IMG/VR virus record: IMGVR_UViG_3300037873_000030
Span: 1-50,183 of that record
From: a virus
Lineage: Duplodnaviria; Caudoviricetes
Length of the DNA stretch: 50,183 nt
Reading direction: 5' to 3' (one strand)
Shown here in pieces: positions 28,042 to 37,623 of this stretch (position 1 is its first letter; each line of letters opens with the position of its first letter). The position numbers were made by a program, and so were the translations under genes. Under the pieces are notes generated by a model. The model had not been told where the DNA came from, made no database searches, and worked only from the letters and a program-made list of their open reading frames with translations.

Positions 28042-29643
28042 TCACGCCGCCCGAACCTCCGCCCGGAAGCCTGGCTTGGTGCGGACCGCCGCCCGGAAGT
28101 CCTCGACGAACTGCTCCAGCTGCCGGTTGCCCCGCACGCCGCGGAAGTCGAAGATGATGTGCTGCGCCCCGCCGCCACCGCGGGACAGCGGCACCACCGC
28201 CTCAGGTCCACGCTCGCCGAGCACAGCCAACGTCGGCCGGGTCACAATCCCACCCGCGGCCAGGTACGAAATGTTGGGCGTGGACAGGGTGATCGACGGG
28301 ATGTTGATGCCCATCACCGAACCGCCGCCGAGGGTGAGCTGGAAGTTGTTCCACTTCCAGATCAACCAGTTGATGGCCGACCGGAACGCGTTCTTGATCC
28401 CGTCGAACAGGCCGCGGGCAGCCGAACTGATCCGCTTCGGCAAACCCTTCACAAACCCGACGACCTTGTTGAACCCGTTCACGATCCGGTCCTTCGCACC
28501 GATCACCCACCCGACAACCGTGGACAGCAGCCCCTTCCAAAAGCCGAAGTACATTTTGATGCCGGTCCACACCGCCTTACCGGCCTTGACCACGAACTGG
28601 AACGCGGCAACCACACCGGCGATGTACCGCTTGACGATGTTCTCCCACCACCACTTCGCGACGGCGACGACCGCCTTTAACACGCCGTTGACAATGTTGC
28701 GGAACGTCTCAGACTTCTTGTACGCCACCACGAAGATGGCGACCAGCGCGATGATCGCCAGGACCACCAGGCCGATCGGGTTGAGCGCCATCACAACGTT
28801 CAGCGCGGTCTGCACAACCGTCCAGATTTTGGTGGCCACGACGATAGCGGCGATGACGCCGACCAGCGGGCCGAGCACCATCGCCAAAGTCTTCAGCAGC
28901 GTGCCATGCTCACGCATCCAGTCGATCGCACCCTGCGCCCACGTCGACAGCTTCAACGCCACCGGCAGCAGCTTCGTCCCAACCTGTGCGGTGACATCAG
29001 CAAACTGCGCTTTCATGATCCGCGTCTTGTTCGCCAGACCGTCGGCGGTACGCGCAAAGTCGCCCTGCTGGGTGCTGGTCTGCGCCAGGATTTCCGCCTG
29101 CGCCGCCAACACCTTCTGCTGCGGTGTCAACGCAGTCTTCGTCGTGTCGATCAACCCCAGCTTCATCGCCCGCGCCCGCAGCGTCGCATCATCCAACAGG
29201 ACGCCGAACTGGCGGATCGGCTCAGACTCGCCACGCAACGCCGCGCCGATGGCGACAATGGCCTCATCCGGGCTGGTGTTGTTGAACGAGGCCAGGTCCG
29301 TGGCCAGAGACACCATCTCCGTGGAGAACCCGGTCAAGTCGGTGCCGGCCAGCCCCGCGGACTTGCCGAAGATGCCGAACGTCGCCGCAGCGTCGAGGGC
29401 TTGCTGCCGCGACTGCCCGAGCGTTGTAGCCGCAGTGTCGGAAAACTTGAGCACATCCCTGGCGGAGTCGCCGAAGATCTGGCCGACCTTGCTCTGCGTC
29501 TCAGCCAGGTCTGAGGCGGCGCTGACCGCCTTGACTGCGAACGCACCCGCAGCGGCCGCACCCGCAGCGAAGGCCACCTTCGCTGCAGACCTCACCTTGT
29601 CCAGGGTTTTGGTGGCCCGATCCTTGGCCAGCACATTGAACAC
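28042..29643 (-). CDS. Tape measure protein (true start possibly 29666, out of frame)
   Basis: Ala-rich; DLASFNNT...ALRGE...GDFART...NPIGLVV...SETFRNIV; LAAGGIVTRPTLAVLGERGPEAVVPL. Confidence 0.9.
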   Translation of the reverse strand: MFNVLAKDRATKTLDKVRSAAKVAFAAGAAAAGAFAVKAVSAASDLAETQSKVGQIFGDSARDVLKFSDTAATTLGQSRQQALDAAATFGIFGKSAGLAGTDLTGFSTEMVSLATDLASFNNTSPDEAIVAIGAALRGESEPIRQFGVLLDDATLRARAMKLGLIDTTKTALTPQQKVLAAQAEILAQTSTQQGDFARTADGLANKTRIMKAQFADVTAQVGTKLLPVALKLSTWAQGAIDWMREHGTLLKTLAMVLGPLVGVIAAIVVATKIWTVVQTALNVVMALNPIGLVVLAIIALVAIFVVAYKKSETFRNIVNGVLKAVVAVAKWWWENIVKRYIAGVVAAFQFVVKAGKAVWTGIKMYFGFWKGLLSTVVGWVIGAKDRIVNGFNKVVGFVKGLPKRISSAARGLFDGIKNAFRSAINWLIWKWNNFQLTLGGGSVMGINIPSITLSTPNISYLAAGGIVTRPTLAVLGERGPEAVVPLSRGGGGAQHIIFDFRGVRGNRQLEQFVEDFRAAVRTKPGFRAEVRAA

Positions 29644-29803
29644 TAACTTAAAGAGGTGTCAGCCACCTCGAACCACCCCCCTTCAAGCCACCATCAGGCG
29701 TCCTTGGCCCGGTTGCTCAACTCGTCGATGTAGTCGCAGGCCGACTCGAACTCCTCCACGCTCAGCCGCTCCAACTCACGCGGCCCGATGTGCAACGTTT
29801 CGG

Positions 29804-30235
29804 CTATGGCCCACTGGTAGCGTCGCCGCTGGTATTCGAGGTCGCTTTTCCCACCGGCTCACCCGCGGACGGGGCGTCAGCAATCTGCAGGTCGATGGCG
29901 GTCAGCATCTCGTCCCGCTCCGTCTCGTCCATCCGCGCACGTTCGATCTTCGTGCGCATCGCCTGCAGCTCCTCGCGGGTGAACTCGACCAGCAGCTCAC
30001 CGACGTAGAAGTCGGGGACGTCTTCGTAGCGCAGGGTGTGCTGTTCGCGGCGCAGCAGATGCCACAGCAGCACCCGCCGGGCCTTCGACTGCCCGGACAT
30101 GATGCCGACCTTCAGCTTGTCCCAGGTGTCGCCGAACCTCTTCTCACACAGTTCGGCCTCGGAGGTGCGCACCCGGTCCGCGTCCCATTCCCACTGCTGC
30201 TTGCTGCCCTGGTCCGGCGCATAGGTCACGAGCAT
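29804..30235 (-). CDS. Tail assembly chaperone (G); -1 frameshift product (GT) extends to 29694
   Basis: Slippery GGGAAAA at 29852-29846; the -1 frame is open: KSDLEYQRRRYQWAIAETLHIGPRELERLSVEEFESACDYIDELSNRAKDA*. Confidence 0.85.
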   Translation of the reverse strand: MLVTYAPDQGSKQQWEWDADRVRTSEAELCEKRFGDTWDKLKVGIMSGQSKARRVLLWHLLRREQHTLRYEDVPDFYVGELLVEFTREELQAMRTKIERARMDETERDEMLTAIDLQIADAPSAGEPVGKATSNTSGDATSGP

Positions 30236-30242
30236 GTCAGCC

Positions 30243-30749
30243 TCACTTGAACGGTCCCTTCCGTGCGATGCGCTGGGCCATGTCCTCCATGGCGGACAGC
30301 ACCGCCTTACGCATCTCGCCGTGGCTTTTCCGGGTGGCAGAGTCGAACCACTCCACCGGTGTGGCCCGCTGTTCGATCCACACCTCACGGTTGCCGAACA
30401 GCGGATGCCGCCAGCCTTTCGCCCGGTTCAGCCGCCGAGCCGCATGGTCGAACCCGCGTGGTGCGCCCTTGCGGCCGACCCGCAGCCGGGCGCCGGTGCT
30501 CCGCCCGGACAGCCGACCCTGCGCCTTGATCAGCGGGACGATCGACTGGCGCAGCGACGGCGACGCCGACGCCTCTGATGTGTCGTCCAACCCGAGCAAA
30601 TTGCCGATGACCTGATGCTTGAGTGGTTCCATCGCCTGCCGCAGGCTTTTGGACAAGTCGCGGCGCAGCTTCTTCCCGTCGGCCTCCGCCGACAGCGCCC
30701 GGGCCAGCGCCTGCAACGCATGCTGGTCGATGGACAGCTCGACCGGCAT
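30243..30749 (-). CDS. HK97 gp10-like tail completion protein
   Basis: GKKLRRDL...GWRHPLFGNREVWIEQ...WFD. Confidence 0.7.
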   Translation of the reverse strand: MPVELSIDQHALQALARALSAEADGKKLRRDLSKSLRQAMEPLKHQVIGNLLGLDDTSEASASPSLRQSIVPLIKAQGRLSGRSTGARLRVGRKGAPRGFDHAARRLNRAKGWRHPLFGNREVWIEQRATPVEWFDSATRKSHGEMRKAVLSAMEDMAQRIARKGPFK

Positions 30750-31156
30750 CAGTTCACCGGGGGATAGCGGGTGATCGTGCTGTTCGCGTTCCACGACGAG
30801 GCGATCTTCACCGAGTCGGCCACACTGCCGTCGGCCTCGAAGTCGGGCAGAATGTTGCCGAACCAATACTGCAGGTTGTTCGACGTGGACGGGTAAAGGT
30901 AGAACTTGCGGGCGATTCCGTCGATGGCCGCCGTGTAGGTTTGCACCGTCGCATCGTCGTAGAACCCGGCGAAGTCACCAGACGCGTCGGGCAGGCCGGC
31001 AACGTATACCTTGTTTTCGTCCCCGAACGCGGTGACTTCCGGCTTGTCCGTCTCGAACTTGATGCTCCACGAGTTGAGGAACGCCACCGGTTCGGCGGTC
31101 CCCCCGCTGGCGAGTGCTAAGTAGACTCTTCCGCGCCTGCCATGGATCCTTGCCAA
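30749..31156 (-). CDS. Major tail tube protein (TTG start)
   Basis: ARIHGRRGRVY...EVTAFGD...YVAGLPDASGDFAGFYD...KFYLYP; AAGGAG RBS. Confidence 0.75.
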   Translation of the reverse strand: MARIHGRRGRVYLALASGGTAEPVAFLNSWSIKFETDKPEVTAFGDENKVYVAGLPDASGDFAGFYDDATVQTYTAAIDGIARKFYLYPSTSNNLQYWFGNILPDFEADGSVADSVKIASSWNANSTITRYPPVN

Positions 31157-31161
31157 TTTGA

Positions 31162-32187
31162 TCACTCCTTGTCCAACATCCGCAGCAGCGCTGCCGCGTG
31201 GTTCCTGAATGTGCGGTCGGCGACCGCCTGCCGTGCCTGACGTGCCACCTCGTCCCGCTGGTCGTCGCGGGCCAGCCACCAGCGCAGCAACTCGGACGCC
31301 TCGGCGGCCGAGGCGAACGTGGGCAGCATCGGCAGCAACCGGTCGCCCTCACCGCGCGGGTCGCGTAGGAAGAACAGGCCGGTCGCGGCCATCTCCACCT
31401 CGCGAGGCCCCATCGCCCAACCCTCGGCGCTGTCACCGTCGTCGACCTCACGCCGGTACAGGTTGATCCCGGCCCGCGCCGACCGGTAGATGCGTACCCC
31501 GTCAGCGTTGTCCAGGCACTCGTGGATGTCATGGCCAACCAGTTTGCGCAGCGACGAGTCCCCGGCCAGCCGCTGCCAGTTGCCGGCCAGCAGCACGTCC
31601 AGGCCGGCCAGGTCCATCGTCTCGAAGAAGTCGATCCTGGACTCGAATCCGGTTCCGACGAACGTGAAGTCGCATTTCAGCTTCGGCTCGGCCGGGCCGG
31701 GGCAGTGCACGATCGGACGGTAGGCGTGTGGGATGTACTCGGCCCGGGACACTGCCCGGTAGGCGTCGATGCTCACCGGGTCGTTGAGCAGGTTCAGGTC
31801 AGCGTGGGCGGCCGCAGCCAACTGCCGAGTGTCCTCGTACGGGGCCTCGGTGTGCAGGATGACGATGCGGGTGCCGTAGCGGCGGGCCAAGTCGAGCAGT
31901 TCGGGCGGGACCAGGAACGCTGAGACGACCAGCAGGATGTCCGGCCGGGTTTTGTACAAGGTGGCGTACAGGCCGTTGACCGCCAGCTCGATCGCCTGCT
32001 CGGTTGGCAGCGCCTTGCGGAACCGGCCCTCCGCGACCTGGACGTGCGCGGCGTCGTACAAGGTGAGCCGGTCGCCCAAATTGAACTCGATCACCTGCTG
32101 CCCGAGCTCCCGCAGCGCCTCAACCCAGCCGGCGTACACGTCGGCCACGCTGAACGACGGGCCGGGGTGGCAGACGACGATGCGCAT
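31162..32187 (-). CDS. Glycosyltransferase (GT-B, CgeB/Glyco_trans_1_2-like)
   Basis: HTEAPYED, PHAY, DFTFVGT...SR, GINLYR, PREVEMAATG, TFRNHA. Confidence 0.85.
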   Translation of the reverse strand: MRIVVCHPGPSFSVADVYAGWVEALRELGQQVIEFNLGDRLTLYDAAHVQVAEGRFRKALPTEQAIELAVNGLYATLYKTRPDILLVVSAFLVPPELLDLARRYGTRIVILHTEAPYEDTRQLAAAAHADLNLLNDPVSIDAYRAVSRAEYIPHAYRPIVHCPGPAEPKLKCDFTFVGTGFESRIDFFETMDLAGLDVLLAGNWQRLAGDSSLRKLVGHDIHECLDNADGVRIYRSARAGINLYRREVDDGDSAEGWAMGPREVEMAATGLFFLRDPRGEGDRLLPMLPTFASAAEASELLRWWLARDDQRDEVARQARQAVADRTFRNHAAALLRMLDKE

Positions 32188-32597
32188 CAGCCGACCTCGA
32201 CTATCACATCAGCGGCCAAGTAGGTGACTTTGCTCATGGGCGGCCATTCGACGGCCCGGTCCCGCTCCACCGAGGTGACCTGCGACCAGTCGACCGTGCC
32301 GCCCAGGGTCGGATCGCCGTTGATGGCCACCCGGATCGACGACGTGCCCTCACCGGCGGTGAACGCGTCCAACTGCTCCTGCGCCCGGGTGGTGGCCCAT
32401 TCGACGAACACGGTCACGGCGAACGTCAAGTCATCGCTCTCACCGTCCAACGTGGTGTCGAACGTGGTCGTACGTCGGGCGACGACTGCGGCCGGCGGGT
32501 TGATGATGTCCGGCATGTTCGCATGCGTTCGCAGGCCGGCGATGGTGTCCAGCCGGGCTTTGATGCCGGCGCGGATTTGCTGGACGGTGGCCATCAT
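32187..32597 (-). CDS. Tail terminator-like protein
   Basis: IRAGIKARLDTIAGLR...PPAAVV...DPTLGG. Confidence 0.7.
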   Translation of the reverse strand: MMATVQQIRAGIKARLDTIAGLRTHANMPDIINPPAAVVARRTTTFDTTLDGESDDLTFAVTVFVEWATTRAQEQLDAFTAGEGTSSIRVAINGDPTLGGTVDWSQVTSVERDRAVEWPPMSKVTYLAADVIVEVG

Positions 32598-33505
32598 GCC
32601 ACCAGCACCGGGGTGCGCCGGTACGGCTTGATCAGGTCGAGGGCGAACGGGTTACGCCGAAGCATGAACCCGGCGGTCTCATCGAACCCGCCCTGCGCTT
32701 CGAAAGTCGACTTGGAGCGGTACAGCTCGGCAGCGGTGATCAGCGCCGACTGGCGCACGCTGTACGGCACCGCCGGCCAGCCGAACACGCCGGTGATCTC
32801 CACCCGGTCCTGCCGGGTCAGCAGACCACACGGTAGCGGAAACGCGCGGGCCAACGCCGCAATGCGGGTGTACGGCTTGGTTTCCGGGCCGGCGGCCGGG
32901 TTGACCGGCTGCAACTGGTAGTCGCCGACAGCCCACGTGGTTTCGAACACGCCGTCGCCGCTCGCGTCGGTCTTCAACGTCACCACGGACACCAGGTCGT
33001 TGAACACCGGCAGCCGCAGACAGTACAGGCCGGTCGGGGTGAACGTGCGCACCTCATCGTCGGCGGTGCGCCAGAACAGCCGCTGCGTGTAATGCTCCAC
33101 CATTCGGGAGGCGGCGAAACAGGCAGTGTGGAGTTCGTAGTCGTCGGCGGTGTCGGTGGACGCGAGGCCAAGCCTCGACTTGAGGGCTTGCAGGGTGGCG
33201 TACAACCGGCCGAGGGTGGTGTCGAGCACCGTCCAGGTGCCAACCTCGGTGTCCACTGCTGTGCCGGTGCCAACCCACTCGTACTGCCACTCACCGGCCA
33301 AGCTGCAGGTGATGTCCTTGCGGTACACGCCGGTGGAGACTTTGGTGATTTCGGCCAGGGCGAACGTGTACGTGGTCTCGGCACCTTGCGGGTCGGTGAC
33401 GATCAGGGTGATGGTGGTCGGGTCGGTCGCCACGCCGGCGACGGTGAACGTGTTGGTCAACGTGGCCAATTCGCTCGCGGACTCGAAGAACACCATTGCG
33501 CCCAT
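32594..33505 (-). CDS. Head-tail adaptor with an extra N-terminal domain
   Basis: YATLQALKSRL...AASRMVE...FGWPAVP..VRQSALI. Confidence 0.75.
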   Translation of the reverse strand: MGAMVFFESASELATLTNTFTVAGVATDPTTITLIVTDPQGAETTYTFALAEITKVSTGVYRKDITCSLAGEWQYEWVGTGTAVDTEVGTWTVLDTTLGRLYATLQALKSRLGLASTDTADDYELHTACFAASRMVEHYTQRLFWRTADDEVRTFTPTGLYCLRLPVFNDLVSVVTLKTDASGDGVFETTWAVGDYQLQPVNPAAGPETKPYTRIAALARAFPLPCGLLTRQDRVEITGVFGWPAVPYSVRQSALITAAELYRSKSTFEAQGGFDETAGFMLRRNPFALDLIKPYRRTPVLVA

Positions 33506-33506
33506 G

Positions 33507-35519
33507 TCACACCACCTCCGAAACCCTCGACGTGGACGATGCGGCCGCGGCCACGGTGGCCGCGGAATCTGCGCGGAAGGTGCCACCCGAGACGACGAGG
33601 GTCCCTACAACGACCGTGACCTCAGCCGCGGCTGGTGTGATGGCCCCCGCCCCGGCGGTGACCGTCAGAGCCCCAGCGGTGGTGGTGACGGTGACGCCGA
33701 CCAACGTCACCGCGGGACCCACCGAGACGGTGCCCGGTGTTGCGGTGATGCTCACCGCGGCCGGGACGATGTCCACAGCGCCGGTGGTCATCGTCAAGGC
33801 GCCCGGGCTGGCCGTGACGGTGATCGTGGCCGGGAAAACGGTGAGACCTTGACCGACGGTGAGAGTCCCACCAGTCACGGTCACGGTGGCCGGATCCGGG
33901 GTGATGTCCTGACCTGGGGCGGTCAGGGTCAATGTCCCTGGAGTGGCCGTGACAGTGACCTCGGCTGGGGTGACGTCGACCGCGCCGGCTGTCACGACCG
34001 TGGCGCCGGGTGTAACGGTGACGGTCACCGGGTCGGGTATGACGTCGACCACGCCGGTGGTGACAGCCAGCGTGCCCGCGGCGGAGGTCACCGTTACCGG
34101 GGCTGGTGTGACCGGTTGGCTGCCGCCCGCGGTGGCCACCTCGACCGTGCCCGGGGTGGCTGTCACTGTGACTGGGGCCGGGATGATCGCTGCCGTGGCG
34201 GTGACCGTCGCCGTGCCAGGGGTGGCCGTGACGGTCACCGGTGCGGGAGTGAGGCCGACCGTACTGGTAATGGTCAACGTGCCGGGGGTGACGTCGACTG
34301 TCACCGCGGCCGGAGTGATCTCCAACGGCGGAACTTCCGCAACCGAGAACTCGACCCACGAGTCAGCATTGTTGATGTTCAGCGTGAAGTCGCGGGAGCC
34401 GCCGCCGCCCGCCTTCTTCAGCCAGAGCGACACCGCGAGCTTGTCACCGGCGACGAACGGACCGGCGAGCACCATGGTCTGCGTTTTCACACCGGTGGTG
34501 TTGTGCTCGGATGAGGCCGTGGAGCTTTCCTGAAGGACGTCGGAGCTGTTGTACCGGTGGACTATCCACTGGTACCGCAATGTGGCCGCGGACACTGCCG
34601 CCATGGATATGGACGTGTCGATTGCCACGCTGGCGTCCACCGTCGTACCGACGACCCGCCAGAACTCCAGCACCTTGATGAAGCTGCCGGAGCTGACGCT
34701 GCCCGACCCGATTGTGGTCGGGGTGCCCTGGGTTTCGGACAGGTCCCGGATGATCCCGCCGGCACCCGGCTCGTCCTGCGTAGTCCGGAAGAAGTTCCGC
34801 GACAGGGCGAGAATGCCGGCGTCTGCGTAGACGAAGTCAAGGTCGGTGACGGTGGTCGGGGTACCCACGCCGACACTGGTCTCATCAGCCCGGTTGAGCG
34901 TGAAGTCTTCGACCATGAAGTCGGCGTCGGTCTGAGAGAACTCCCATCCGGATGCCGGGTCCTGGTCCCGCCAGTTGTCCAGATGCTCGTCGAGGTTGGC
35001 CGCCTCGATGGCCGCGTCGCCGAACGTATCGGCTGCCCAGGGAAGCTCGTTTGCCCAGATCGCCGCGGCAGCATAGTCGGCACCCGGGCCCTCACCGGAA
35101 GTCGCATCCTTGGTTCGGACGCTGCCACCCGTGGGCGCCACCCAGTCCAACTGGGTGTCGACGGCATCGTCATGAACCCATATGCCGGTCGTAACATTCT
35201 TGAGGCTGAACCGGGGGCGCACATCCCCCGTGTCCTTGCGTGCGACCAGCAGGTGCCAGTCGTCGAAGGTGACAACTGGCCCCTCGGTGGCCCAAATCGA
35301 GGCGCCCTTCCAGAAGATGGTCCCGTCGCTCAGCAGCCCGATGCCGCCCAGGTCCCCACCGGTCGCGTCGTACAGCTTCACGATCCAGCGGAACACCGTG
35401 TCTGCGGACGGCCGGAACAGGACCGCGATCGTGCCGTACGTCGTCGCGTCGACACCACCGAGCCCGGTGGAGAACGTGATGTCGTCGGCATTGCCGAGCC
35501 GGCGGACGACGATCGACAC
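33507..35519 (-). CDS. Virion fibre-like protein: lectin-like (LamG-like) N-terminus plus Thr/Val/Pro-rich repeats
   Basis: DDWHLLV motif; about ten degenerate (I/V)TPAxVTVTATPGTLTVT repeats in the C-terminal third. Confidence 0.65.
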   Translation of the reverse strand: MSIVVRRLGNADDITFSTGLGGVDATTYGTIAVLFRPSADTVFRWIVKLYDATGGDLGGIGLLSDGTIFWKGASIWATEGPVVTFDDWHLLVARKDTGDVRPRFSLKNVTTGIWVHDDAVDTQLDWVAPTGGSVRTKDATSGEGPGADYAAAAIWANELPWAADTFGDAAIEAANLDEHLDNWRDQDPASGWEFSQTDADFMVEDFTLNRADETSVGVGTPTTVTDLDFVYADAGILALSRNFFRTTQDEPGAGGIIRDLSETQGTPTTIGSGSVSSGSFIKVLEFWRVVGTTVDASVAIDTSISMAAVSAATLRYQWIVHRYNSSDVLQESSTASSEHNTTGVKTQTMVLAGPFVAGDKLAVSLWLKKAGGGGSRDFTLNINNADSWVEFSVAEVPPLEITPAAVTVDVTPGTLTITSTVGLTPAPVTVTATPGTATVTATAAIIPAPVTVTATPGTVEVATAGGSQPVTPAPVTVTSAAGTLAVTTGVVDVIPDPVTVTVTPGATVVTAGAVDVTPAEVTVTATPGTLTLTAPGQDITPDPATVTVTGGTLTVGQGLTVFPATITVTASPGALTMTTGAVDIVPAAVSITATPGTVSVGPAVTLVGVTVTTTAGALTVTAGAGAITPAAAEVTVVVGTLVVSGGTFRADSAATVAAAASSTSRVSEVV

Positions 35520-35531
35520 GGGTCAAGCCCC

Positions 35532-35828
35532 CTACCGGAGACCCTCGACGTCATCGGAGAAAGCTCGGAAGTCCTTCGCCGACGCGAGCGCCGCAAGGCC
35601 CAGGTAAATCTGCTCCAACTGCTTGAAGTCGGTGATCGCCGACCCGATGATTGCCGCGTCCCCGGCCGTGAAACTGTACGTGGTCTCCAGCCCGGTAGCG
35701 CCGACCCCAGCATGCCACGCGCTGAACTGGGCAACATCGGCGAACGTCTCGCGCAGCGTTACCGCGAGCCGGCCGATCGTCTGGTTGATCTGGTCCTTGG
35801 TGAGCAGTGCAGCGAAACCGGCAGCCAT
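35532..35828 (-). CDS. Hypothetical virion-region protein
   Basis: GGAGGG RBS; clean ORF. Confidence 0.65.
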   Translation of the reverse strand: MAAGFAALLTKDQINQTIGRLAVTLRETFADVAQFSAWHAGVGATGLETTYSFTAGDAAIIGSAITDFKQLEQIYLGLAALASAKDFRAFSDDVEGLR

Positions 35829-35860
35829 GTCATTCCCTCCATCAAACAGACGTGCATCCC

Positions 35861-36295
35861 TCAGGCGAGGGTGACCAAAATTGACGATCCCCAGGTGGCG
35901 GTGATGTCCCCGCCGTTCGGTGTCACTGGTAGCCCTGTTGAGGCGGAGTCCCAGGTGATCATCAGCGGGGACGTACTATCCGTGCCGCTATTCTTGAACA
36001 CCGTCAGATAGTCGGCCGCATCACCCGTGATCGCCGAGAATGTGAGCGCACCCGAGAGGGTCACCACCCCACCAGAAGCGGTACCCCCAGGGACGTCCGC
36101 TTGTGCGCCGGCAACGATCAGGCCGGCAGAGACATCCGCATAATCCTCGTCGGTGGCACCGTCGACCGCGCCGCCGGGAACATCCGTGGCGTCGAGCAGG
36201 GCGGCCTCGATGTCATCAGTGTCGAAGTCGGGCAGAGTGTGGTTTCCGGCACCGAGCATCAGCTGAAGCCAGTTGGTGTGAACGATCGTGCTCAA
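35861..36295 (-). CDS. Virion structural protein
   Basis: DFDTDDIEAAL...LPVTPNGGDITATW motif common in phage head-region proteins. Confidence 0.7.
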   Translation of the reverse strand: MSTIVHTNWLQLMLGAGNHTLPDFDTDDIEAALLDATDVPGGAVDGATDEDYADVSAGLIVAGAQADVPGGTASGGVVTLSGALTFSAITGDAADYLTVFKNSGTDSTSPLMITWDSASTGLPVTPNGGDITATWGSSILVTLA

Positions 36296-36735
36296 GACGA
36301 CCTCCTGATCCGGGCGCGCTCAGCGGCGCGCTTTCTCTGTGAGTTGTGACAAGCGCGGCAACGCCGTCGGCTGTCTCCCGGCGGACTGCAAAACGCGTAT
36401 TCCGCGTAGGAGTGTCCACGCGGGCAGTGGGTCTTTGAAACGTTGCGACGGGCAGGCGTGTCGGAATACATGACGTTCCGACGAGGCGTGGCCGTCTCGA
36501 GGTGATCGGGCCGAACGCAACCCTTGTTCTCGCACAGATGGTTAATGACCAGCCCGGTCGGGATCGGCCCGCGATGAGCCTCATAGGCAACTCGGTGAGC
36601 ACCGCGAGCGTTACCTGGTCCGCCAGTGTGACAACGTCCGTATCCGTTCGGGTAGTGCGTACCCGCCCACGCCCAGCAGCCTTCGCCTACAACGCTGAAA
36701 CGCGCAAGGTTGTTAAGGGCTGTGACTGTCGCCAC
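36292..36735 (-). CDS. HNH homing endonuclease
   Basis: CWAW...GYG...AHRVAY...HLCENKGCVRPDHL...KTHCPRGH; codon usage differs from flanks. Confidence 0.9.
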   Translation of the reverse strand: MATVTALNNLARFSVVGEGCWAWAGTHYPNGYGRCHTGGPGNARGAHRVAYEAHRGPIPTGLVINHLCENKGCVRPDHLETATPRRNVMYSDTPARRNVSKTHCPRGHSYAEYAFCSPPGDSRRRCRACHNSQRKRAAERARIRRSS

Positions 36736-36746
36736 CTACACTCTCC

Positions 36747-37091
36747 TCACATTTGCGCGGGTATCGCGCGCACCTTGGCCGATGGCAACACCAGCCCTTG
36801 AGTCGGCGGTTCAGCCACGACGTTGACCGCCTCGAACCCGCCGTGATCGAACATGCGCTGCATGTGCGCCCAGATGGTGGTCGACACGATGACCGTGCCC
36901 TCACCGTCGAGCTGCAGGTGGTACGTCTTGCACTGGTGCGGATGGCCACACAGCCGGCACACCGGCCGATGCGAATTCGGCGGCATCGGACGCGACTGGT
37001 CACGGACGATGAACAACCGGTTGGCCACCGAACCGATGCCCTCGGCTACGATCCTGGCCGGCTGCGGCTGGATCCGCACCCCGTCAGCCAT
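36747..37091 (-). CDS. Hypothetical Zn-binding protein
   Basis: CRLCGHPHQCKTYHL. Confidence 0.65.
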   Translation of the reverse strand: MADGVRIQPQPARIVAEGIGSVANRLFIVRDQSRPMPPNSHRPVCRLCGHPHQCKTYHLQLDGEGTVIVSTTIWAHMQRMFDHGGFEAVNVVAEPPTQGLVLPSAKVRAIPAQM

Positions 37092-37623
37092 CTGCCCTCG
37101 CAAAGATCGTCGGCCACAAACGCTCGGCGGCCCATGACGACAAGTCGTCACGTGATATCAGATCGTCGTACATGGCCCTGTACCAGTCGGCAGGCCGAGA
37201 CAGCAGTGCGGCGCCGGAGATCATGAACTGGCCGCCGGCGTAGAACTCGACCTCGCCGACCATCGGCCCGCCCAGCCATTTGGCGTGACATTCGCCCACC
37301 GGCACACCTAGATGGTGCGGTTCGCCACGCGGCCCAGACTGGTACGGGTGGGTGCCCAGCGGGTCGAACCACTCCACCGGATGGGCCAGCCGCGCCATCA
37401 GGTCCGGACAGTGGTCAAACGGGTTGCCCTGCACGAATCCGAACGTGTCGGCCGGCTCGGTGACCGGGTACAGCTGCAGGATCGCGTGCAGATAACTGGA
37501 CGGCTCCCGACCGCGGTTGGGCACGTCGACGTCCTTCTCAACAACCTCGGGTAGCCATCCGGGTGGCAGGTCAGCCAACCATGTGATGTCCTCACGCCAG
37601 CGGGCCACCACCAGCACCTTCAC
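37084..37623 (-). CDS. DUF3431-like protein (putative glycan-modifying enzyme)
   Basis: LVVARWREDITW...PNRGRE..SYLH...FVQGNPFDH...GGQF...ERLW. Confidence 0.75.
   Translation of the reverse strand: MKVLVVARWREDITWLADLPPGWLPEVVEKDVDVPNRGREPSSYLHAILQLYPVTEPADTFGFVQGNPFDHCPDLMARLAHPVEWFDPLGTHPYQSGPRGEPHHLGVPVGECHAKWLGGPMVGEVEFYAGGQFMISGAALLSRPADWYRAMYDDLISRDDLSSWAAERLWPTIFARADG

Noticed and set aside
28076-30250. 724-aa plus-strand ORF and other long antisense ORFs (33150-34514, 47484-49013, 6167-7528)
   Set aside because: Shadow ORFs opposite real genes in high-GC DNA; no motifs
33600-34330. Periodic GTGAC/GTCAC repeats as a CRISPR array or DNA-level element
   Set aside because: Degenerate and explained by Val-Thr codon repeats; no constant repeat with unique spacers
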